64,000 nt of DNA from Bacillota bacterium (GTDB taxonomy: Bacteria; Pseudomonadota; Gammaproteobacteria; Natronospirales; REEB76): NCBI GenBank assembly GCA_050261675.1, contig JBLNDO010000023.1, forward strand, positions 74,261-138,260, read 5' to 3'. Of the stretch, positions 15,200 to 22,503 are shown one piece after another (the stretch's first letter is position 1; each line of letters opens with the position of its first letter). The notes beneath the pieces are model-generated. The model was given only the letters and a program-made list of their open reading frames with translations. It was not told the origin of the DNA and ran no database searches. Made by a program: the position numbers and the translations under genes.

Positions 15200-16141
15200 A
15201 TGCGCGACCCAGCCTCCCTCGATCTCGCAGGAATGTACAGGCAGGCACTCAAGCAATACCTGGCGAACGGCGGCGAAGCTCCGCTCCACCAGGCCTATGA
15301 GCTGGGACGGCAGGCGCTGGATTCCGGCATCGGCTTGCTCGGCCTGGTGAACATCCACCAGGAGGCGACGGCCAGCATGCTCAAGGATGCGAATGGAGAC
15401 GCCCTGCGCCGCTTTCGCGACGCCCACCACTTCCTGCTGGAAAGCATGGCGCCCTTCGAGATGATGCAGGTCGGCAACCGGGAATCTAACGCCGCGCTGC
15501 GCCGCCTGAACGCCATCCTGGAAGAGGAAGCGAAACGCATCGCCCACATCCTGCACGACGAGGCGGCGCAGCTGCTCGCCTCGGTATACCTCGAGCTCGC
15601 CGAGATACTCCGCGAGACGCCCCCGGCGCAGATCCGCTCCCACGTGGAGCGCATCACCTCCCACCTCGACCAGGTGCGCGAGCAGCTGCGGCGGCTCTCC
15701 CACGAGCTGCGTCCGCCCATATTGGACCAATTGGGCCTGTTGCCGGCGCTCCAGTTCCTGGCCGACGGCTTCCGCAAACGGAACAATCTCCAGGTCGAAC
15801 TGGAGAACGGCGTCACGGTCGATGGCCGACTGCCCCAGGGCATCGAAACCGCGCTCTACCGCGCCGTGCAGGAGGCACTCACCAACGTGGTTCGCCATGC
15901 CAATGCCCGTTGCGCCTGGATACGGGTATGGACCAACAAGGGAACCGTCTATTGCACCGTGCGGGACGACGGCGTCGGTTTTACACCCGCTACCGAAGGC
16001 GCCGACGTGCGCCCCCGGGGGCTGGGCCTGCTAGGCATACAGGAGCGCATCGGCAGCCTGCACGGCAACTTCAACGTGACCTCCATGCCCGGCGCAGGCA
16101 CGGAGCTTTACATCGGCATCCCACTTGGAGGCAACGTATGA
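15200..16141 (+). CDS. Cytoplasmic HisKA_3/HATPase histidine kinase with an RsbU_N-like N-terminal domain
   Basis: 313-aa ORF with no TM segment. It has the H box (AHILHDEAAQLL), N box (QEALTNVVRHA), G1 (DDGVGF) and G2 (GLGLLGIQER). The N-terminal ~90 aa (YRQALKQYLANGGEAPLHQAYELGRQALDSGIGLLGLVNIHQEA) resembles, from memory, the RsbT-docking N domain of RsbU. Confidence 0.8.
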   Translation: MRDPASLDLAGMYRQALKQYLANGGEAPLHQAYELGRQALDSGIGLLGLVNIHQEATASMLKDANGDALRRFRDAHHFLLESMAPFEMMQVGNRESNAALRRLNAILEEEAKRIAHILHDEAAQLLASVYLELAEILRETPPAQIRSHVERITSHLDQVREQLRRLSHELRPPILDQLGLLPALQFLADGFRKRNNLQVELENGVTVDGRLPQGIETALYRAVQEALTNVVRHANARCAWIRVWTNKGTVYCTVRDDGVGFTPATEGADVRPRGLGLLGIQERIGSLHGNFNVTSMPGAGTELYIGIPLGGNV

Positions 16142-16773
16142 TGACGCAAACCATACTACTAGCCGACGACCACTTCGTGTTCCAACAGGGCCTGAAGGCC
16201 CTATTGGAACGCGAGGGCTTCGATGTAGTGGCGGAAACCAAGGACGGCCACGAGGCGGTGCGCCTCAGCCGCCAACTCAGCCCCGATGTGGCGGTGCTCG
16301 ACATCGGCATGCCGCTCCTGAACGGCATCGACGCCGCCCGCCAGATCCTCAAGCAGAGCCCCGGCACCCAGGTGGTAGTGCTCACCATGTACGAGGAGGA
16401 TGCCTACGTGCTGGAAGCCCTGCGGGCCGGCATCCGCGGCTACGTGCTCAAGGCCCAGGCGGCGGCGGACCTGGTGGCCGCCATCCGCGAGGTATCGCGC
16501 GGGGCGGTGTACCTCAGCCCGGGCGTCTCCAAGACGGTGGTGGACGCCTACATGGGCAAATCCGAGCTGCCGCTCGACCCCCTCACCGACCGCGAGCGCC
16601 AGGTGCTGCAATTGGTGGCGGAAGGCAAGACCACGAAGGCGGTCGCCGACATCCTGGGCCTGAGCGTCAAGACCGCGGACTCACACCGCACCCGCATCAT
16701 GCAGAAGCTGGAAATCCACGAGACCGCGAGCTTGGTCCGCTATGCGATCCGCCGGGGGTTCATCAAGCCATGA
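16138..16773 (+). CDS. NarL/FixJ (LuxR-HTH) response regulator, copy 1
   Basis: ATG at 16138 overlaps the kinase stop (ATGA). Receiver domain (LLADDH, DVAVLDIGMP) plus a LuxR HTH (LTDRERQVLQLVAEGKTTKAVADILGLSVKTADSHRTRIMQKL). The ORF-track extension back to 15910 lies inside the kinase gene. Confidence 0.9.
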   Translation: MMTQTILLADDHFVFQQGLKALLEREGFDVVAETKDGHEAVRLSRQLSPDVAVLDIGMPLLNGIDAARQILKQSPGTQVVVLTMYEEDAYVLEALRAGIRGYVLKAQAAADLVAAIREVSRGAVYLSPGVSKTVVDAYMGKSELPLDPLTDRERQVLQLVAEGKTTKAVADILGLSVKTADSHRTRIMQKLEIHETASLVRYAIRRGFIKP

Positions 16774-16942
16774 GCTTGCCGGCCCCCATACGAACAATAT
16801 GTCCGGTTTACCTTCACCGGGTCCCAACCCCCATACGTACACCGTAATATTCCGGATTGCCTGTCGCGCGGCCGATATTTATAAGTTAAGTACCCGATCC
16901 CGGGTCCTAGAGAAAGCGGCTCCCGCAACATGGTCCAAACCG

Positions 16943-17356
16943 GTGCAGACCCCTCACAGCCACTGCGTCTTCCTGAAGCAACATAATTACCTGATCGTCT
17001 CCATCCAGACGCCCCTCACCGACGCGGAATTTTCCGCCCTAGGGGGGCAAGTCGCAGAGTTGATCATGAGCTACCACTCGAACGGCGCGGTATTGGACCT
17101 GTCGGGGTTGGACGTGGTGGATTCCTTCTCGGTGCACAACCTGAGGCGTCTGTGCGAGACGCTGCGACTCTATTCCGTGACCACGGTGATTACCGGAATA
17201 CGGCCCGCGATCGCGATCTCCATGGCCATCCGCGGCCTCGCACTCAGCCTGAAGGGCGTAACGATCGCGGCGGACTTGAGTGCCGCCGTGGAGCTGCTCG
17301 ACACGGCCGCGGGCTATCCGGCCACACCCGGAGAGTCCTATCCCAGCCTGCATTGA
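16943..17356 (+). CDS. Second, stand-alone RsbS-like STAS protein
   Basis: STAS core FLKQHNYLIVSIQTPLTD...VLDLSGLDVVDSFSV...VITGIRPAIAISMAIRG aligns with RsbS (13753-14136) at roughly 40-45% identity by eye. The start (GTG 16943) was chosen by alignment and is uncertain. A sigma70-like TTGCCT-17-TATAAG lies at 16857-16885. Confidence 0.7.
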   Translation: MQTPHSHCVFLKQHNYLIVSIQTPLTDAEFSALGGQVAELIMSYHSNGAVLDLSGLDVVDSFSVHNLRRLCETLRLYSVTTVITGIRPAIAISMAIRGLALSLKGVTIAADLSAAVELLDTAAGYPATPGESYPSLH

Positions 17357-17566
17357 TCACCGCTGTTCCCGTACGGGTATTCTCCCGATGGACTCTAAGG
17401 TTCCGCCCCGCCGGAAATACGCGTATTAACACGCCGAACTAAGGTGCTTGATTCACGATTTGCAGGTATTTACTCGATTCCTCGCATGGGGGCATTACCC
17501 CATAGTTTTCCGAAGCGCGTATCGTTTTCACGCGGAGTCGCCTTTTCTCCGCAGGAGACCAGACGG

Positions 17567-18196
17567 ATGCAGCGCATCTTGTTGGCTGACGATCACCCGA
17601 TGTTCCAGCAGGGGCTCAAGGCCCTGTTGGAACGCGAGGGCTTCGACGTGGTGGCGGAAGCCAAGGACGGCCACGAGGCAGTGCGCCTCGGGCGCCAACT
17701 CAGCCCCGACGTGGCGGTATTGGACATCGGCATGCCGCTCCTGAACGGCATCGACGCCGCCCGCCAGATCCTCAAGCAGAGCCCCGGCACCCAGGTGGTG
17801 GTGCTCACCATGTACGAGGAGGAGGCCTACGTGCTGGAGGCCCTGCGGGCCGGCATCCGTGGCTACGTGCTCAAGGCCCAGGCGGCAGCCGACCTGGTGG
17901 CCGCCATTCGCGAGGTATCGCGCGGGGCGGTGTACCTCAGCCCGGGCATCTCCAAGACGGTAGTGGATGCCTACATGGGCAAATCCGAGCTGCCGCCCGA
18001 CCCCCTTACCGACCGCGAGCGCCAGGTGCTGCAGCTCATCGCCGAGGGGAAGACCACCAAGCAGATCGCGGAGATCCTGGGCCTGAGCGTCAAGACCGCG
18101 GACTCCCACCGCACCCGCATCATGCAGAAACTCGAGATCCACGAGACCGCGAGCCTGGTCCGCTACGCCGTGCGCAGGGGTTTCATCAAGGCCTAA
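17567..18196 (+). CDS. NarL/FixJ (LuxR-HTH) response regulator, copy 2 (near-duplicate of copy 1)
   Basis: ATG at 17567 (MQRILLADDH). I counted 13 differences in ~204 residues aligned to copy 1, with long identical DNA stretches (for example gacatcggcatgccgctcctgaacggcatcgacgccgcccgccagatcctcaagcagagccccggcacccaggtgg). Confidence 0.9.
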   Translation: MQRILLADDHPMFQQGLKALLEREGFDVVAEAKDGHEAVRLGRQLSPDVAVLDIGMPLLNGIDAARQILKQSPGTQVVVLTMYEEEAYVLEALRAGIRGYVLKAQAAADLVAAIREVSRGAVYLSPGISKTVVDAYMGKSELPPDPLTDRERQVLQLIAEGKTTKQIAEILGLSVKTADSHRTRIMQKLEIHETASLVRYAVRRGFIKA

Positions 18197-18199
18197 ACG

Positions 18200-18895
18200 A
18201 TGCCCTCCAGGATGGAACCACACATGAACAGCGCCTTGCAGATCCCGGCACCGGTCGGGCAACAACCGGTACGGATCCTATTGGCGGACGATCACAGCAT
18301 ATTCCGCCAGTGCCTGTGCATGCTGTTGGAACGGGAGGGGTTCGAAGTGGTGGGTCAAGCCTCCGGGGGACAGGAGGCGGTGGGACTGGCGCAATCGCTG
18401 CATCCGGACGTGGTCATCCTCGACTACAGCATGCCGGACATGAACGGCATCGACACCGCCCGCGCCATGCAGAAAGCGGTGCCCGGGGCCCAGACGATCC
18501 TGCTGACCGCCCAGGAGGACAATGCCAACGCCATCGAGGCCCTGCGCGCCGGCATGCACGGTTATATCTACAAGTCGCAGACCGCCGAGGAGCTGGTGGG
18601 GACGGTGCGGGAAGTCGCGGGAGGGGCCATCCATTTCAGTGCGCGGCTACCGCCCATGGCCATCGAGAGCTACATCACGCACATGGGCCGCGAGTCCGAC
18701 CCGCTGACCGAGCGGGAACGGCAGGTCCTGCGGATGATCGCCACCGGCAACACCACGCGGGCGATCGCGAAGGAACTCGGCCTGAGCGCCAAGACCGTGG
18801 AATCCCATCGCAGCCGCATCATGCACAAGCTGCATCTGCACCGGGCCGCCGAACTGATCCGCTACGCCATCCGCCGCCAGCTCATCACCCCTTAA
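18200..18895 (+). CDS. NarL/FixJ (LuxR-HTH) response regulator, copy 3 (divergent)
   Basis: Starts 4 nt after copy 2. Receiver domain (ILLADDH, DVVILDYSMPDMNG) and HTH (LTERERQVLRMIATGNTTRAIAKELGLSAKTVESHRSRIMHKL). Confidence 0.85.
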   Translation: MPSRMEPHMNSALQIPAPVGQQPVRILLADDHSIFRQCLCMLLEREGFEVVGQASGGQEAVGLAQSLHPDVVILDYSMPDMNGIDTARAMQKAVPGAQTILLTAQEDNANAIEALRAGMHGYIYKSQTAEELVGTVREVAGGAIHFSARLPPMAIESYITHMGRESDPLTERERQVLRMIATGNTTRAIAKELGLSAKTVESHRSRIMHKLHLHRAAELIRYAIRRQLITP

Positions 18896-19265
18896 AACTC
18901 TCCCTGCACAAAACCACCTCGCTGTCACTCAGGGAAACCCTGAGTCGCTAACAGAACGCAACGCACGCTTTGTGTGATGCGGCTCACACTATCTATTTCG
19001 TTTACTAACAGTTGGGGTTTTTTTTAGAGTTCCGTTACACACGGCAGGTATATCTGCACGTGCCGGTAAGGTGTCTACCGCAGGGTCTCTACCCGAAGGA
19101 AAGCACCCGAACGTCATGATGCGGGATATACGGGCAACCGCCCCGATTCACGTTGTGACATAACGGCACTGGATCCGCAGGGCGACGCAACACGCCTTCA
19201 TGCCCAGTGACCTCCGGCAAGCGCGCTCGCAAGAGCACCCGAGCAATGCCACTGAGGTTACGAGC

Positions 19266-22200
19266 ATGACAACGTGTATCAGCCCCTTCCGCCGGTTCAG
19301 CCGGCTTATCGCAATCGGCGCCCTGGCGCTTGCATCGCTGTTCGCCGCGAGAGCGGTCTGCGCGGATACCGCCACAGGCGGCTTCCTGGAAAGCGACGAG
19401 ACCTCCGTGGTCCGCGGCCTGCTGAGCCAAAGCACGATCAACGGTTTCCTGCCGCAGCGCGGCGCATTCACCTTCCCGGCGCCCTACAACACCCAGGGCA
19501 TCCGCGTCACCAACTCGAGCGACTGTGGCGGGCAGGATTGCGTGGACATGATCTACTCGTACTGGCGCAACATGAGCAACAGCGCGGGCAGCAACACCAT
19601 GTACATCTTCATCGGCCTGGACCGCAACCGCGGCGGCCAGGGCCCGACACTATTCAGCTACGACAAGAGCACCGGGCAGCTGACCGAGGTGGGCCCGCTG
19701 TTCGACTCTTCCAGCTCGTACAGCTGGAACAGCGGCGAGGGCTGGTACTTCAGCTACGGCATGCCCACCAAGATCTACATGCAGGACGGCTCGAAGCTGT
19801 TGCGCTACGACGTGCTGGCGCACACTTTCGAGACCGTGTTCGATTCAACCAGCCAATACCCGAACACGGTCATCCGGCAGACCAACTCCAGCAACAACGA
19901 TGACGTGCACTCCGCGACCCTGGAGGACGCCAGCACCTGGCAGCCCACGGCCTGCATCGCCTACAAGGCGAGCACGAATCAGTTCTTCTACTTCGCCGTC
20001 CAGGGCCACTTCGACGAATGCCAGATCGACAAGAGCGGCCGCTACCTCGAGATCAAGGAAAAGCTGCCCAGCGATCCCTGCTCGAGTTGCGACGAGGACG
20101 ACGTGATCGAGGACCTGCAGGCCGGCACCGAAAAGGTGCTCTACGACCAAGCCGGCGCCGGCGGCCATTCCGACCTCGGCTACGGCACCATGGTGGCGGT
20201 GGACAACTGGAACAACTACGCCAATGCCTGGCGCTTGTGGGACCTGTCCTCACCGTTTCCGACCGCGCAGGGACAAGGCGGCGCCACGAACCTGGGCTTC
20301 GCCCAAGGCGGCCTTGTTTACCACAACCTGAGCTGGAGCGCGTTCAACCCCTCGCACATCAGCTATGAGAACGCGAACACTTCCGCGCCCGTGAGCCAGC
20401 AGTACGCCTGCGGCGGCGCGGTGAACACGACCATTGTGCCCCAGTCCAATGACATCATCTGTTTCCTGCTCAACCCGGCAGTCCCGGCTTCGTCGGAGCA
20501 GGCTCTGATCGTTGCTCCGGTCATGACGGACATGAGCGCCAGCGGCGGCAGCGCCACCTGCCCGAGCTGCGTGGCCTACGGCCAGGATCCCAAGGGCAAC
20601 CTGGACCCCACCGGCCAGTACTTCTTCTGGGTCAGCAACATGGGCGGCAGCCGGATGGATGCCTTCATCGTGAAGGTCCCATACCAACTCCTGACCGGCT
20701 CCAGCGGCACCGGCGGCACGAGCGGCGGCACCACTGACACCACGCCTCCGACCGTTTCCATCTCCAGTCCGGCGGCAGGCGCGTCCCTGACCGGCAGCGT
20801 CACGGTTTCCGCGAACGCATCCGACAATATCGGCGTGGCGAGCGTGCAGTTCAAGCTGGACGGCGCCAACCTCGGCTCCGCCCTCACCCAGGCGCCTTAC
20901 AGCCTCTCTTGGGATACCACCGCCGTGGCCGCGGGCACGCACACCCTGACCGCGGTGGCGACCGACACCTCCGGGAACACCGCGACCTCCTCGTCGGTGT
21001 CCGTGACGACGGTGCTGCCGGTGTTCCCGCCGACGATCTCGAGCGTCGCTTCCTCCGTCACCGGCTCGTCAAGCGCGAGCGTCAGCTGGACCACCGATCA
21101 GGCCAGCAATTCGCAGGTGGCCTTCGGCACCACCACGGCCTACGGCACCACCACCACGCTCAACACAAGCATGGTGACCTCGCACTCCATGAGCCTCTCG
21201 GGCCTCGCCGCGAGCACCACGTACCACTACCAGGTGATTTCGGCGAACTCGTCAGGCCAGCAGTCGGTGTCCGCGGACTACACGTTCACCACCCAGGCGG
21301 GCGGCAGCACGACCCTGCCCTCGACCACCGCCAACTGGCACCTGAACGCCACCAGTGGCACCACCGCCATCGACAGCTCGGGTAACGATCACACCGGTAC
21401 CCTGGTCAACGGCCCGGCCTGGACCGCCGGCGTCGCAGGTAACGGTCTCGCGTTCAACGGCACGAACCAGTACGTGACGGCGGCGAGCAAAGGCCTGAAC
21501 CTGTATCCGCTCACCGTGTCCGCGTGGTTCAAAACCTCGTCCACCAGCGGCCTGCACGGGCTCGTGAACAAATACAACGTCAGCTCCATGAACGGCTATC
21601 AGGTGTTCATGAGCAACGGCAACCTGTGCGCCTGGTACTTCCGTGACAGCGCCGACTACGTCTGGGACGGCAGCGGGTGCACCCTGAACACGTCGGGCTA
21701 CGCGGACAACCAGTGGCACATGGTGACCTACACCGTGAATTCCGCCGGCGGCAAGCTCTACGTGGACGGCGTCCTCAAGGCGAGCCGCGCCTGGACAGGC
21801 GTGGCAGGCGCCACCACCTCCGGTGCGGCCCTCAGCATGGCCCGCTATCCCGGGGTCAGCTCGCCGTATCTCGCCGCCACCCTGGACGAGGTGCGCCTGT
21901 ACAACAGCGCCCTCTCAGCGTCCCAGGTCGCCGCCCTCTATGCGAGCTTCCCGCTGGTGATGCCGGTGGCCTGGACCAACCTGGTGAACCTGACGGCGAA
22001 CGGCGGCAGCCTGACGAAGACCGGCGGCTGTGACGGTTGCGAGGACGCCACCGCCAATTCCCAGCAGCAGATCGCCCTGGGCGCGAGCGGCTACTTCGAG
22101 TTCACCGCCTCCGAGACCAACACGCTGCGCTATGCGGGCCTCACGAGCACCAGCTCCGGCCCCGGCTCAAGCAACATCGGCTACGCCATCCGGCTGCAGA

Positions 22201-22424
22201 GCGGCGATGCGGCGGTCTACGAGGGCGGTATCTACAAGACTGACGTGAGCTTCTCCTCCGGCGACGTGTTCCGCATCGCCGTGGGCGCCGGCGTGGTCAA
22301 CTACTACAAAAATGGGACTGTGTTCTACACCAGCAACACTGCTCCATCTTCGGCCCTGATAGCCTCGGCGGTGATCTGTAACATCAACGGCACCATCACG
22401 AGCGCCGTGATCAAGACCCAGTAG
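19266..22424 (+). CDS. Secreted multidomain protein: unassigned ~480-aa N-domain + Ig-like repeat + FN3-like + LamG/concanavalin-like + C-terminal domain
   Basis: ATG 19266 follows GAGG and opens a signal peptide (RLIAIGALALASLFAARAVCA). It has one Big_7-like repeat (TTPPTVSISSPAAGASLTGSVTVSANASDNIGVASVQFKLDG...) and an FN3-like segment (ASVSWTTDQASNSQVAFGTT...YHYQV). A LamG-like segment follows (GNGLAFNGTNQYV...LTVSAWFK...LDEVRLYNSALSASQV). Confidence 0.85.
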   Translation: MTTCISPFRRFSRLIAIGALALASLFAARAVCADTATGGFLESDETSVVRGLLSQSTINGFLPQRGAFTFPAPYNTQGIRVTNSSDCGGQDCVDMIYSYWRNMSNSAGSNTMYIFIGLDRNRGGQGPTLFSYDKSTGQLTEVGPLFDSSSSYSWNSGEGWYFSYGMPTKIYMQDGSKLLRYDVLAHTFETVFDSTSQYPNTVIRQTNSSNNDDVHSATLEDASTWQPTACIAYKASTNQFFYFAVQGHFDECQIDKSGRYLEIKEKLPSDPCSSCDEDDVIEDLQAGTEKVLYDQAGAGGHSDLGYGTMVAVDNWNNYANAWRLWDLSSPFPTAQGQGGATNLGFAQGGLVYHNLSWSAFNPSHISYENANTSAPVSQQYACGGAVNTTIVPQSNDIICFLLNPAVPASSEQALIVAPVMTDMSASGGSATCPSCVAYGQDPKGNLDPTGQYFFWVSNMGGSRMDAFIVKVPYQLLTGSSGTGGTSGGTTDTTPPTVSISSPAAGASLTGSVTVSANASDNIGVASVQFKLDGANLGSALTQAPYSLSWDTTAVAAGTHTLTAVATDTSGNTATSSSVSVTTVLPVFPPTISSVASSVTGSSSASVSWTTDQASNSQVAFGTTTAYGTTTTLNTSMVTSHSMSLSGLAASTTYHYQVISANSSGQQSVSADYTFTTQAGGSTTLPSTTANWHLNATSGTTAIDSSGNDHTGTLVNGPAWTAGVAGNGLAFNGTNQYVTAASKGLNLYPLTVSAWFKTSSTSGLHGLVNKYNVSSMNGYQVFMSNGNLCAWYFRDSADYVWDGSGCTLNTSGYADNQWHMVTYTVNSAGGKLYVDGVLKASRAWTGVAGATTSGAALSMARYPGVSSPYLAATLDEVRLYNSALSASQVAALYASFPLVMPVAWTNLVNLTANGGSLTKTGGCDGCEDATANSQQQIALGASGYFEFTASETNTLRYAGLTSTSSGPGSSNIGYAIRLQSGDAAVYEGGIYKTDVSFSSGDVFRIAVGAGVVNYYKNGTVFYTSNTAPSSALIASAVICNINGTITSAVIKTQ

Positions 22425-22440
22425 ACTGGGCTATTTTCCG

Positions 22441-22503
22441 CGGGACCTTGCCGTCTGCAGTAACCCTCGGGTTACGGATGGGCGGCAAGGTCCCGGTTTT
22501 TTT
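22441..22503 (+). terminator. Rho-independent terminator of the 19266-22424 gene
   Basis: 13-bp stem cgggaccttgccg (22441-22453) / cggcaaggtcccg (22483-22495) with a structured loop, then gTTTTTTT (22497-22503). The 3' arm overlaps the last codons of the convergent epimerase ORF. Confidence 0.55.

Noticed and set aside
15910-16137. Long N-terminal extensions in the ORF track for several genes: RR1 from 15910, RR2 from 17444, RsbS2 from 16742, epimerase to 23545, beta-helix protein to 29007, GT4 to 33333, ligase to 50250, flippase to 45158, and others.
   Set aside because: The extensions are Arg/Pro/Gly-rich, overlap the preceding gene and precede an internal Met or GTG. That internal start aligns with the conserved family N-terminus and often with an SD or an ATGA coupling. 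Shorter starts were used.
18928-19025. Hairpins (ctcaggg-aaa-ccctgag at 18928-18944; gtgtga-N6-tcacac at ~18972-18989) and a T8 run (19018-19025) downstream of the third LuxR regulator.
   Set aside because: The T-run is not adjacent to either stem, so this is not a canonical intrinsic terminator. It is left uncalled.
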